Assembly (NCBI GenBank): GCA_964247055.1
Contig: OZ176053.1
Span: forward strand, 3,658,001 to 3,722,000
Reading direction: 5' to 3'
Source: Paragordius varius
Lineage: Eukaryota > Animalia > Nematomorpha
DNA: 64,000 nt
In this document: piece by piece, positions 1-15,000 of the stretch
How positions within the stretch are numbered: the first letter of the stretch is position 1
Layout of the letters: every line of letters begins with the position of its first letter
Notes under the pieces: model-generated
The model's input: only the letters and a program-made list of their open reading frames with translations
The model's database searches: none
What the model was told of the DNA's origin: nothing
Made by a program: the position numbers and the translations under genes

Positions 1-3000
1 TACCATCTACTGTAAAAGCTACCCAATTTAGGGACAATGTTATTGGAACTTCAAAGTCGGACACCTATGCATTAATGAACGAAAAAAAGTACGTGGTAAA
101 AAGGGAATTTAGATGGCTACTGACATAAATAATTATTATCAGTAAACTATTATTTTTGAAACATAATATTTTACCTCCTTTTCTTTGTTTAATAATGATT
201 TTTTTGTGGCAAGTTTTTTATTTCAGTTGGGGCAAAAATAATAATACATTTTATATATTTTGCATTTGTCATCTATTTTTTTTCGTAAATTATCATAAGT
301 TTTTTACAAAAAAAAAGTTGTACTATAATCCATTGGTGCAAAATTATTAATTTATGTTTTTTCATCTTGATAGAAAGAAATCGTTCACACACACGGAGGG
401 AAGGCAGAGTACTTTGCAAAAGCATCGAAAACACTGGACCAAAAAGATATCCCCGTTATATTACATCTTTGCTGCACTTGTTAACGTTATTATACGTCAA
501 ACTTATGTCATATCTTTGATTCTCATGATGGTATGATAATATCATTAAAACTTTTTAAATCATTTAGAGATTATTGTTTAAAATTTTATGAAAAACGGTT
601 CTATAAAAATCGCTCAGTCAATCTAAACGTTTCTCATCATTCATATTGATCGAGAAAATGTTTATATTCAATAGGAAAACGATTTGATTGAACAAAAAAA
701 AGTATGATTAGTTATTGGTAAACCGTTTTTAGAGTGTAAAAAGGTATATTACAACATTATTGCTTTTTAAATAGGTATGGGCCATAACATATCATTCATG
801 GTTGACATTTGTCTTCTTGATTTGGGCATGTATTGTATGGATTACACCCAATAGTCGAACGGCTTGTCTGTATAGTTCACCCTTTTTCGTAGCATATGCT
901 ATGATTCTCATCCTTCTTCAATACATATATGGCTTAAAATTAACCAATTCTGAACTCCCTTCAGGGAGTTATCATGATTTCCCACTCACCCAATTCGGGC
1001 TGATAAAGTATCGATACCCTTGTTTGCCTTTAGCTCTAAAGACTATATACACTTGCTTGTTTTGGATAACTATGCGACAATTCATTATTGAAAAGAAGGA
1101 AGCTAATGTCACCAAAGTCGTAAGTATAGATGGACAACATTCTCAATTCATACGGGGTTCGCTTAAACCATCAGATATTGCTTCACAAGATGGGACACGC
1201 ATTACATCACGTCTCGGGGATATGGCTTATTGGTTGTGCGTTAAATATTGGATCCTTATATGTTGTGGTTTCCTACTCTTTATGGGTATATCATCATCCA
1301 ATGTTGTCCTCTACCGCATTGGATACGTTATGTTTTTCGTATTTTTTCTCATCGTTTTCCAAATTGCTTACAGGGTATGGCGCCTAACTATGTACGCTTT
1401 TTGGCTCTTTCTCATAGGCTATTCCATGATAATCCTAATCCTTATTTACACGTATCAATTCGAAAATTTCCCTGAGTTTTGGCACAATCGTACCCGATTA
1501 TCGTATGAATTCTTGAGGGATGTTGGCCTTGAACAATACGATACAAAAATGTTGTTTGTTCGACTGTTTACACCTACGGCCTTCATTGTCATCATTATAT
1601 TGCAAGTCCATTATTTTCATAAACCGTTTATGGAATGGTGTGATGTGGAGAAAAGAGCAACCGTTTCCCTAGACAGCAAAGATGACCTGCTAAGGTTGCG
1701 TGCCTCCGAACGCCGACTCCAAATAAACTTGAAGGAGAAAGAGGTGTTAGTCTATTACTTTTATTGGTTTTTGGGACGACTTGCCTATTACTGGCGTATT
1801 GGTGCACGTTATGCTTGGAGAGCTGCTCATATCCATTGCTTTAAACTTGTGGCTCTTGCGCTCATGTTTTTGGCCATTTACGAGGTAGCATTACATATAA
1901 TTTTTATCATTTTAATTCAATCGTAACATTTAATATATGTTTTAATTTGATATATCTACCGTAAATTTATTAATAAATATACTGAATAAATTGCTTAGTT
2001 TACTTATCATTTGCATATGTTCGAGACTAAAGTTTATATATACCACATAATCATTTTTAATCTCGTTTAAGCACCTTTTACTTATTTTTATTTAATTTAA
2101 ATTCAAAATTATTTTATAAGCATATAAATTGTAATTTAAATGCCTATTGATTTAGCCACAAGCCGTTAATGTTCCCTTTGTGATACTTGTTGTGATAGGA
2201 TTGGGTCTAAGTCCATTACAAACCCTAGTCTCATGTATAGCATCCATATGGGTCGGATGTCTCATTATCTCTAAAATGAGTTACCAACTCTCATACTTCA
2301 AAATTGAATATTTCGTCTCTAATTGCACGGTTTATATTTATATGTTACTAGAAATTAGGTTTACAAATTATATTTCCGAGTATTTTATGTTATCATTCAC
2401 ATTTATAGGGTAAACCTGGAGTTAATACTATGGTTGATAATGCTTTATGGCTTGGTTATTATAAAGTACCGAAAATTGCGCCATATATTAAGGTAATACA
2501 TAAATTGTAAATCCCTTTTTTATATAGCATAACTATATGATTATTGCTTTTATTTAGGGATATTTATGCTTACTTTTCTTATTGGCCTTCCAAAAAATTG
2601 TTCGATTACACGATCGAAAATTGCGAAATTCTTTGGCTACCCCGCCTCCAATGACACATTCACAACAATCAGGTTTTGGATTATAAGTTGTTTCATAGAA
2701 TTCAATTTTTATGTGGGCTTAAATCTGTCTCCGTATACTTTATATATATATCTTATATTCCGGTCTGGTTGTTTTTACTAAAAACGTTTTACTTCACTCT
2801 CAAAAATGGAAATAAATTTAATAGATTATATATAAAACTATAATTAAACATCAAATGTGCAAATCTCCATCTAAAAAATGTAATATTTAGCGTCACGTAT
2901 AATAAACGGCGATCCAATAATTAAAGCCAGACAAGATTATATGTATACAAATCCATTTACTAATTTAAAAATTAAACTGCATAGGAGGCAATAAAACAGT

Positions 3001-6000
3001 CCACATTACATCATACCTTAAAAATGTTGATCAAAGAGACCCAGGTCAAACCTCAAATGTCGCAACTTCTAAGGTTATTCCCCCTCATCTTACAACAACA
3101 AGTGGTGGGATAGGGGTCCAATCTATGGCTTACACAGTTTATGAATATATGATGTATTATGGTATTTTGTTTCCTGGTATAAATCGTCGACAAGCCGATT
3201 TGAGTGTCACGTATCTCCTCAAATATCTCGTCAATTTTTGTTTCTTCAAGTTTGGGATTGAGGTTTTAAGTTATTATTATTATTATGTTTATGAAATTTA
3301 TTTTTGTCCTAAAGATTTTTAGAAATAAAATTAACAAGCTTTGTTTGTTAGAACACATATTAACTTTATACATGGGGTATAGATAACTTTGATGAGTATA
3401 ATTGCAACTATTGGACTGAGGTGGGACGCTTGGTCAGTGATATATAGCGTATGGTTGGGTATTTTATTATTTCCATCCCGAAAACAATTAGCTATGATAT
3501 GGCCATTCTATGTCATGTTTTTGATTGTTGTCATACCACTCCAATACCTCTCTACGATTGGTATGCCGCCTGGATTATGTTTGGGTAAATAATATTAAAA
3601 GTTGAAAATAAAATTGAAGAAGCATTTTTTATTGTAAATTATGTTGCAAAATTTTCCAACTTGATAAAACTGATAACCGCAGAGATTTAAACAAGTGGTG
3701 AACCCTTGGTCAATATTAATCATAGTCTAGGGGTTTTCATATATATAGTGTGTATATATTACTATAATATAATTTTATTCCGTTTTACATTAACTAAAAT
3801 AAATAATTGGACTAAATAATATAACTCAGAATACAGCTAAATACTAGCATAATATTTATTTATAGACGTAAGGCTTATAAATTTTTTAAAATTTTATGTA
3901 CACTAAAGTTTTTAAAATATAATTATGATTAATCTTAAATATATATATTAATTTTATTTGTTAATTTAGAATACCCCTGGACGAACTCCATCAAACCTAC
4001 CTTAAGAAATTGGTTGTTTTTACCAGACTTTATCGTCTCACCCAGTAGCTATAAATTATCAAGTATGACTCTAATTTAATTTAATTTTTCATATTACATA
4101 ATAATTTATGTGATTCAATAGTTTTTGAATGACAAAAGTCGACAATTTATATACCAAGTATATATATGTACATTTTTAGCTGATTTCTTTCAACTCTTGT
4201 TTGCTACGTGTCAGTTAATGGTGTTTAAAATTGATTATGGGCCACACTCTGATATGCCTCCATCACCGTATGCTCTTGGGAGCAGTACTGCAACTGCTAA
4301 AGCAAATACTGATGATACCGAGGGTGGTCAAGTTACACCCGATTATGAATCACCACACATTACGAGTTATAATGGTTTACTGGGTGAACCTAAACATCAT
4401 GCCTCTATCTTCACCAAGGGCCTGGAACACTTTAAAAGTTTCTCGACAAACCTTGCCACCAACATAAGGAAGGGCAAAGCAGGAGCTTGGGCTACGCATA
4501 AAAAATCATCGCCCACACTCTTACCTACATCGGCTACCTCGAGAGGTTCACTCGATCAAGGTTTAGATTCTGTACGACGGGTCAGTGGTGGCTTAGGAGG
4601 GTACGTTTTAGATTATAATACTTTCCTAAAGTTTTTTTGTCCATAACATTTTATTAATTTGTCAATGCCATGTTTCTTGATAAGTTTCGGGGATAGTGGG
4701 TTAAAGTTTAAGTAAAGCCTTAAAGATTTTGGTCAAAATGGTTTTGATTAAGGTAGCGTAGCGTTAGGTATAACAGGTTTGGCTATCTCCCCTATTTTTA
4801 ATGTATCTCTCCCATTATGCCGAGATTTATCACCACATTATTTATGTATTAGGAATTATTTGTACAAAACAGGGCAGGGCCTTTAATTTTATTTGAATGC
4901 CTTATGAACATAATTGATTGTTTTTTTGGATATGGCATTTTGATATAAATCATGATTTTGTAGAAAGTGTTTTAATCAAATGAAAATTCAACTGTAAAAT
5001 ATTCTTCAGATTTTGCATTTAACAATTCACATATTTCACAATAATACTAAACTAATATATCATTGATATAAATTAGTATGCTTATTATTAAATATTTATT
5101 CTTATTATATCTATAATCCACCATTTTCTTAATATATTTTAAATTATCCATATGATTTGTGTTATTCACGATTGTGTAAATGTTTCTGGAAATTTAAAAA
5201 TTTTGTTTTAGGAAAAAAATGAATCCTTATAATACAGATAAGGAAGTTAGTTATGTTTAAATGCAGAAAAATTATATTAATTACCCTTTAAAATTTTTGT
5301 GGTTATTACTAGACGATTTATGATTGATAAAAATATATTTTATATCATCATTTGTGTAGAGAACTCAAAAGGACCGAATCAACGCGCAGTAAATCGTTTC
5401 ACTTTTTGTTTGATCGTAAACATTTGCACAGACCATCATTTTTCGGGCGAAGTGCCCCAACCTATTGGGTTCAAGATTATGAGGGTGGAAGTAATCGCGA
5501 AATTTGGAAATTAGAAAATCAAGACATACAAAACCCTATCCCTGATTATGTCACGCACACAAGGTAAGCAAATTTTTATTAAACTTTGCTCATTTTTAGC
5601 TAATTTTTTATCAGAAAATTATTTTTTAATGCATATTTTTTACATATAGCATACATAAGTAAAGCTTTTTGGCATTATTCTAAATTTTCAAAAATATTTT
5701 AGAACTCTGTTGGACAAATTGAAATTTGCCTTTTTCTCCTATTCATATTGGATAACTTTAACCATTATCCTTATTACGGCAACTAATCGTGTAAGCCTAT
5801 TTTGTATGGGCTATTTGATTGCATCCTTCTTTTTTTTGTGGTATGGGAACGAGCTTTTCCTTAAACCCCTTAAAACGATCCAACATTTGTAAGATTTTTA
5901 ATTGTTTACTAATGTACAGTATAGTAATTATTAATTAATTTTCTATATTTATATAGTTGGACTTTTCTGATAGCATACAATTTCTGTGTTATATTCATCA

Positions 6001-9000
6001 AAGCCTTCTTACAGGTATATTTATATTTTTTCAATAATCTTTTTTTTAAATCTTTTTTTCGTATAGGTTATTGGCTGTGTATATATGAAATCGTTGGAGG
6101 GAAATTTATGTTGGTTAGTTCAACTTTTAAGCATTGCATGTTTAAAAGCTGGATTTGGGACATCGCGAGGTATATTTTATAATAAAAAAAGGCATTTTGC
6201 CTAATTTTTAAATAAATACACAAAAGATTATTTATTATTATCACTTTATTCCCCATTTGATTAACTGGAAATCGTTTAATTCATTGGGAGAAGATATTAA
6301 TTTTTTTATTAAAACAAGATTTGAACGTTTCTGAGGAATGTACCGTACCCGTGGAACAGGCTGGAATCCTGTGGGATGGTATTTGTTTTGCATTTCTCAT
6401 TATGCAAAAGCGTATTTTCGGCAGTTTTTATTTTAAACACATCATTACTGAAATTTATGCTCAACAGCTTTTGGCTTCCAGGTTAGATTGATTTATGTAT
6501 ATTGGGTTAAAAATTTACTTTTTAGATATTTACAGTAAAAATTGGAATTATACGGACAAAACGTAATATAAAGACAAATATTTTTTTCTCAAAAGACAAC
6601 CATACTTTTTTAAAACTTAATTTTTATTATATAAATTATATAACTACATTTGTAAATTATATAATTGATTGTTTTACCACTTTATATATCAATTTTTACT
6701 TTGCAGTTTAAAACCATGAGTTATATTTAAAAAATCTTAGATTTAAAAAGTATGGTTGTCTAGAAAAAAATATTTGTCTCTATATATTTACGTTTTGTTC
6801 GTATAATTTCAGTTTTTACTGTAATTTTTGGACTTTTAAACGTTAATTTTTGAACTTATTTCAACTTTTTACTTTTTAGGGGAGCTGAATTGGTTAACCA
6901 AATAAAATGGAAAGAGGTCAACGAACAAGAAAAACGTGAAATCGAAGTTATGCAAAAGATTAAGAAAAAGATGGAACAAATTAAAAACCAGAACCTTAAA
7001 ATGCAAAGGAAACTCACAAGTGAACCTAATGAACATTTTCAAGGTAATAAATTTACATAAATAGGGATACATATATTTATTACAAATTCAAACGTAATAA
7101 TATAAAACGAATATTTAATTTTTTTATATATATAAAAGATTGGAATAACCATTTTAATATAAACACTTTTTTCATATATTACATCTTATTCGAAAGCGCC
7201 AAAAATATCTGAACAAAAATTAAAACAAAACATATCAAATTTTGGTGTTTTGAGCCGATATGTTAAACAAACACTCTATTATTCCAAACCTAATCCACCC
7301 ATCGTTTCATCATCCATACACCCCAGTATTTATCCCAAAAGCCACGGTTTTTATGGTGGTGACGAACAAAACAACAAACCTACAACCATATCAAGATCAA
7401 AATCGATTGATCTTGGAATTATATTTATAGGATTGGAACGAATCACTGAAGAAAATGAAACATCTTTCCGGGAAACTTTAGATTCAAACACTTTTAGCAG
7501 CTTGCATAAAAAACGGTTTCGTAGCCAAAGTCTTGAAGATTTAATACTCGATTCCAATGATATCCCATACCTCAAATGGCAAATGGGGGAAAAATTGTTG
7601 GATATAAGTCTTGATCGAACATCTGACATACTTTCACCACGTACGAAAAAGAAATTATTTAGTTCAACCTTAACTAGTACATCTACAAAGAAAAGATTAG
7701 GATCTTTAATTTCAACAGCTGATTCTAAAGGTTTAAGAAGCATGGCCAAAAAAGCTCATCCGCCATTATCCCGACACCAATGTAATTATCGGTGTTGCTT
7801 GTCCAAAATTTAATCATGAGTGAGAAAAAAATGAAAAATCCTAATTTCATAATGCTTTCAGACATTTGATATTAGGTGTAAATACTTTTTATCTATGCAT
7901 TTTGAAATGATATGGACAAATCATTTTGAAATCGTTAGATAAATTCATGTTCCAATTTATACTCATTCCATGATTAACATTTATCACTGATTAATCCTGC
8001 AATGACATTAGTTTTTTCCAAAAAATACCCCCTTAATATGGGCTACTATTCCCATATAGGGTGTCGTACAATGATGTATAGTTCTTACAACCTATAGTTA
8101 TAGAAAAACTATATGATATTTGTCCTTTGCCTAAAAAATAATGTTCAGTTTTAATTCGGAAAAAACTGGATTTATTCGTCCTTCTGGTTTGTGTATTAGG
8201 TATGTACCTGAAAAAAAATTTCCGCATTGGAATTTTTGTCAAAAGATTTGTGTTATACTTGCTTCGCGATTAGGATTAATTCGTTTGTATTTTTCAGTTT
8301 TCATTTATTTTTGTGCATGTTATGCATGTGTGAATTTCAAACAATTAATTTGTATGCAATAATGATATAATATAATTATTTAATCAATTTAGCTATCCGT
8401 TCTGGCGATTATTACATGTTTGATGATGTTTCCGATGAAGACTCCGATAACGCCCTGGCAGAATTGGAATACAAAGAACCGGAACCACTTGAAGGGGATG
8501 AAGCAAGCACTGGGATAGGGCCAATTGAGGTTTAAAAAATTAACGCGTATATCAAAATATAATGTAAAAACGGTTAATTAATTTTAATAATTTGCATTAT
8601 ATCTCTAATTTTTGGTTGTTATGGAGTTAAATTATTACTTAACTCGAACGATTTTATTCCCTATTAAATCATTTATTTATCGATTATGTTTTGGTTTTGA
8701 AATTGCTAGGTTAGGTATAACTTTATTTAATATTTGATAAAGTAAAAATTATTTTTGTTATAAAAAGTTTAATATATGGGCCAAATTAAAAATTTCACAG
8801 GTTTAAACACCAATCTTCCTATTTTTGTTCTCAATCTAATTATTAATTGATATTTTAGCTCCTGAATGTGGCATTAACCAAGGGTGGTATTAAGGGGGCC
8901 GTTCAAGAGGGTCGTCAACGCGAACAATCCCTAAGCCTTAGTCGCGAGGGTAGTATTGCCTCCACATCAAAGAATGATGAATATATTTTAACTGGTAAGT

Positions 9001-12000
9001 AACACTTTTTAGATAATCCTTTTTTATCTGGAAATAAAATTTTGGTTTCTTTTTTCGATTCGATAAGAACATAATATATTTAGCTTTAAGTAAGAATCAT
9101 ATTTTTCTATTTAAATCAAGTATTACTGATAAATTATATTCCATTTGTATGTAAAATAATAAAATAACCAAATATCATGATAATTTATCATGGTTTTATT
9201 GTGACGCCATTTAATACAACATAGGTGCTGGTACACGACCAACGCATGGTGGTGGAGGTCGCCAGAGTCGTATCAGTATTTTGGAACCGATTCAATCAAG
9301 CGATGATGAGGATGAGCCTGAGATCACTAATGTAATACATTTTGTCCAGTTTTTACCCAATAATTTCTATGTAAAAAAGTTGTTTTTGAATAAAAAAATG
9401 ATGTTTTTGATGAGAAAAAATGTTATTTTTAGCATTTGAATTAAAAGTGTGTTGCTATTGAATTTCAAAAGTAATGTTACTAAAAAAAATTGGTATATCA
9501 TACAGATTTTAGAGTATAATCCTATTTTACAAATATTTATTTAAATAATGCTTTTGTTACTGTTCTAATTTGTAATTACACAATATAACACAGTAAAAAA
9601 ATTATCCCAAATATATATATAATATAGGCAAACCCTCGACAACCTGCCATAGTAACAAGCGCACAGGATACTTCGGAAAGGCAAATAGTATTGTGGTCGA
9701 GGGATCAACCCAACAGAAATATCAATGATGATGGAAATGAAAGACCACCTCCATATAACTCTAATACTGACAACCAAAATATAGATAATGATGTAAACGG
9801 TGAAGATCAAGAAGGCGAAAAAACTGGTTTAATTAATAAATTATGCTTGAAACAGAAATACTTTTTAATTTTGAGGTTTTAAAAAAAAATTTTGTTAAGT
9901 CAGGTCAGGTTAACTTTCATCAAAAGGCAAGAAAAAATTTACCATATTTTATATTTGATATTTTGTTATCTGATTTCAGGATTTAATGACTACTTTTTAA
10001 AATTTTAGTATTGATTTTTCATATCTTATTATAAAATCAGCTTGAGATTGTAAAATTAATTTTGAACCGAACGCAAATGAACATTTTTATTAAAAATCAA
10101 TTTTGGCGTTTTTTAAGAAAAAATTCTACCATCAAAATCAGTGATTAATTTGATTTAATTTTTTACATCTAATTGTATTAAGGTAATGGTATATGTGCCA
10201 AAATTCATGATTTTTTCCATTTTATGCTTCTATTCTTCTATGGGCTATTGGAAAGTGCAACGCAACAATTGAATCGTATTTCACGGGATTATCGGTAAAA
10301 TATATTTTTTATAATCAGATTACTCATTCACGAGATATTTGTTATTTTATTACTAAACGATAAGTTTTTATATGCATCTGTTAAAATTTTAAATTTATTT
10401 TGTAACCATATAATTTACAAATCTTTGCGCAACAATATTATCGATACATAAAATTAAATATATTATCCATTAATATACCTTTAGTTACATAGCTAACATT
10501 CTATCCTATGAAAAAGGACAACGCAAAGAAGAAGAAAGGGTATATATTTGCAAAATCAATTTTTCATTTTATAGATTAATTTTGACTTATATTTTTATTT
10601 TGTTAATTTAGCAACGTCGTATGCAAACTCAAATACCGGAAACAATAAAATCGGTAGAAATACCCATGGACACAAATAGGTTAAGAAAAGATCTCATCTA
10701 ATTTTTAAATTAATAACCAAATATTTTTAATAAAATAATTATCATCAAAGCAGAGGTTCTTCAGAGTTGAAGGTAGCTGATTTGAGATAAGTTTTTATTG
10801 CTGTTTTTTAATTTTTTCTATTTTCCGCATCTTCTATTTTTAATTTGGTCTTATAAAAATAATATTAACCATATTAATTGGAAATATATATAATTTAGAC
10901 TGAGCTTACAAAATGGAACCGAAGAAATGAATGATGATTTGGGTTGGAAAACGCCATATAAAACGTATTTTTTGGAATTAAACAATAAAATATCGCTTTT
11001 CTTATTTACCTTGTTACTATTCATTATATCTTTATGCTTAGATGATATCTTTTATGATAATATTCCTCATCTTCTGTTAATATGTTAGATATGAAACATT
11101 TACTCAAGACGAAACAGCTCAGCTCAAACCTGACCGTAGTATTGTGATCAAATTCCTAACTGCCCTGTATTACGTTTTTATTTCTCGGTCTGAATTAGTT
11201 TGCTATTTTCTAGTCGTGCTCAATATGTTACAAACGGCATCTATACTGGCTATGCCGCCCCCTTTTATGGTCTTTTTATGGGGTTAGAGAAATCTATAAT
11301 AATTTTTTTAGCCAATTTATTTTCATATGTAATTGTTTTGCAACATTAAATAAATCGTTACTTGTTATACATAGATCTCATCTAAATTCAATTTATTTAT
11401 CAATAATCTTTGTGTTTAGGAACATTATCAATCCCAAGACCATCAAAAACGTTTTGGGTCAGCCTTATAACTTATGTTGAGGTAAATATTTTTTCCAACG
11501 ATTTTTAACACATCATTTAATTTCCACATCGATTTTTTATTAGAGATTTATATAAATAAAAAGATCAAATTATCAGGTGACGTAAACCTCAAAGACCAAT
11601 CTTTTTTAAAAACGCAATCCTACTTTTTTTAAACCTTTCTAAATGATTACATTGTGATATGTAATTAAGATAATAATTTTCGCAACCAAAACTTTAGATT
11701 ATTATATAAAAAATATCAACTTTTATAAAAGTATACGAATATCTTTTATAAAAATATATTTGTCTCTTATATAAATTTTTACTGTAATAACAATTATAAA
11801 TTGTTTGTAGGCCGTGGTTATAATCAAATACCTTTTCCAATTTGGATTCTTTCCGTGGGTCGGCCAAGAACGTGCTAAAAATCCCCTTTGGCCACCCCGA
11901 ATCATTGGGATTGAAAAGAAACAACATTATGCCGTATATGATTTGGTACTTTTGTTGGTACTCTTTTTCCATCGCTCTATATTGAAGGTTAGCGAATTTG

Positions 12001-15000
12001 ATCTTTTTTCGGAAAGCGTGTTTATAATAGTTATTATAACTAGATTACGAATGTTTATAATAATTCTTTTCATTTATTACCTCCATTTTTATACAATATG
12101 AATTATTTTTAACATTTTTGGTAAGTATTCGTTTAATAGATACTATTTTTATTAGTTACGGTAAACTATAATTTAAAACCTATAAATATTGTATTGGATT
12201 ATAAACACTTTATATAATGTTGGCATACGAAATATAGAGTTTGGGTCTTTGGAAGGATAACATAAAAGTACGTACCGGATCTAGAGATTATTTCAAAACT
12301 ATGGCTGGTAAGTGTTTGAAATTTGCTAATATACTTTATAACATATATATACCATTTACAGTTCAAATTCACTCTTAACCAATTCATTCACCCTAAAAAT
12401 AATTTATGTGTTTTCGGCTAATATAACTACTCATCATTAATATTAAATATGTCTTGATGGGATAGTCATTATTCTTTCTGTATTATTTTGATTTTGAGCA
12501 AAATTACATTTTTAAAAATATTTAAGTAATTTTTAATCTTAAAAAACACCTGATTTATTTTAGGGTGAATTTAAATTGTTTAAGGGTGATTTTGAACTGT
12601 AAATGGTATATATATATATATATATAAATTATTCTATTATTTAATAGAAGATCAAAATGGGGCTGAAAATACCTCCATTAGTAAGTCAGAAAATACGCCG
12701 ATATTAAAGGATAAAAATATGTTTTCGAATAACGGGAATCAAAATGGGCTAAGACAGCGAAGAAATAACAATTCCAATAATAATATAAATAACAAAATGG
12801 TAAAAATCAAATAATTAATTATCTCATAAAACTTTAATTAATACTTTCATCATTTTTTAAAAAACATTGTTTATATTCTTTTGAATTTGTTAACAATGTA
12901 CTCTGGCCATATAAAAATCGAATTATTTTTTGGTTTAGTAAAAACATATATTTTCATCGGTTAGAAAGATGATTTCTTATGACCATTAATGATTTCATTA
13001 ATAAGCAATCAAACTTATCATTTTTAACCGGTTAATATCTAATTCTATCCTAACCATATCTATCACTTTTTACAAAAATTTAATCATTGACCCCTTTATA
13101 AAAAAAGCAACATTGATTGTACATATTACATATATTGATATTTTTAGGAGCAAATTAATCCAGGTTTTCAATCAGACTCTCCCAGGACAACTAATGTTTC
13201 TGTTGCTCAAACTTCAGTCACCTTATCTTCTTCTAATGCGACGACTCCAACCGATTTAATTAACACATCCACAACAAATCATGGCGTTGCAAATTTAAAT
13301 AGAAACAACAATAATAATAATAACAATAACAATAGTATTAACAGTAATAACACATTATCCATAATGAACGGAGAAGATATAAATAATAATAATACATTAC
13401 AAGGTGATATATCGACAACATCAATGTTACCAAAAAAAGCTCCTCTCCTACTCATGACTTGTGAATTTTCGCATTACTTTAAAACGTTTTGGAATTTTTA
13501 TGACAAAGTTTTACATCCACAGTTCCGTGTAACGGTCGATGTTTATGCGCCCATGTTCCTGTGTGATTTCATAACTTTCCTCATTGTCGTGTTTGGGTAA
13601 TATAAATAATTAGCTAACACAAATATTTTTGCTAATATATAAATTTCATTTTATTTTTTATCAGAGTGCTATATTTTGTAGTTGTTTATCTCTCTATGTT
13701 TTTTTTTCTTGGTAATAATTAGTTTTTAAGATTAAAGGAATCAACAGATTTATGGTATAATTTTAATATTAATTGAATCCAATGGTAATGTGTTTCAACC
13801 GCTACAATATTTAATTTTATTTGTTTAATTTAATTTTTTTTTCTTTACACAATTTCATAAAAAAGTCATTTGTTTAGAGAATTTTTTGTTTAACCAAACT
13901 CGGCATTGTATGATAATTTACCAATTGTGCCTCATTTTACAATTTGTTAATGTATTTTTTTCCATAGATAAGGCTTGATATCTATTACTAAATCTCACAT
14001 AATATTACTTTTTTTTGAATCATGATTATAGATATTCGGCATTTGGTTCAGGCACGCCCGAGGACGGAGATGTTACAAGTTATATAAAACAGGATAAAAT
14101 TCCCATTCCTTTTCTCATAATGTTGGTCGTTCAATTCGCCCTTATTATAGTGGATCGGGCACTTTTTCTCCGTAAAAATTTATTGGGAAAATTAGTCTTT
14201 CAATTCATATTGGTAATCGTTGTACATATTTGGATGTTTTTCCTGCTACCCGCATTCACTGACAATGAATTTTACAATGTAAGTGTGATGTAATTTTGTC
14301 TTTAAATGCATTAATTTATAGTGCAAAAATGGGCGAATTTTCAATTAATTTTTTCTGTACGTAAGATGTATAATTACTTTATTTAACAGTAAGTTGTACA
14401 AAAAATTAATATATTTATAAACAAACTGCTATATTAGATATTTTTGGAGATAATTGTAATATATTTAACATTGTAGAACATACCTGCCAGATTATGGTAT
14501 TTTTCAAAATGTTGCTACTTCCTTCTATCATCTTATCAAATACGGAGTGGTTATCCCACCAGAATTCTTGGGAATTTCCTCACTAAAAAATATAATTATT
14601 CCAACCTTATCCTATTTAAAGGGTATTATATATTTAATATATTTTTCTATATTTATACTAATTTAAAAAATTTGTGCCGGCAACATCACATTACTAAATA
14701 ATGAATGCTACAACGTTTTCCCCTTATTTAATTTTTTGTCCTTAAATTTCCGAAAATATTTTTATGGTAAATTTGGTGCCTTTGATTTTCATACCACGAT
14801 TATAAATTTTCTATACTATATACTTGGGTATTATATGGTTTTTTTTAAATATATATTTGATTCAATAAGCTTTACTATAATTCCATTTTTGTGGGAACTG
14901 CGGGCCTTAATGGATTGGATGTGGACCGATACTTGTATGTCACTCAATTCTTGGTTAATCATGGAGGATATTTATGCCAGCATCTTTTTGTTAAAATGTG

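Noticed and set aside
7351-7749. 132-aa minus-strand ORF
   Set aside because: Antisense shadow of the plus-strand candidate Piezo exon.
10751-10772. Possible Piezo micro-exon (RGSSELK)
   Set aside because: Starts in phase 2 but ends in phase 0, which is incompatible with the next exon at 10899.
13295-13395. AAT/AAC repeat run
   Set aside because: A poly-Asn tract inside a Piezo cytosolic-loop exon; ordinary for AT-rich genomes.
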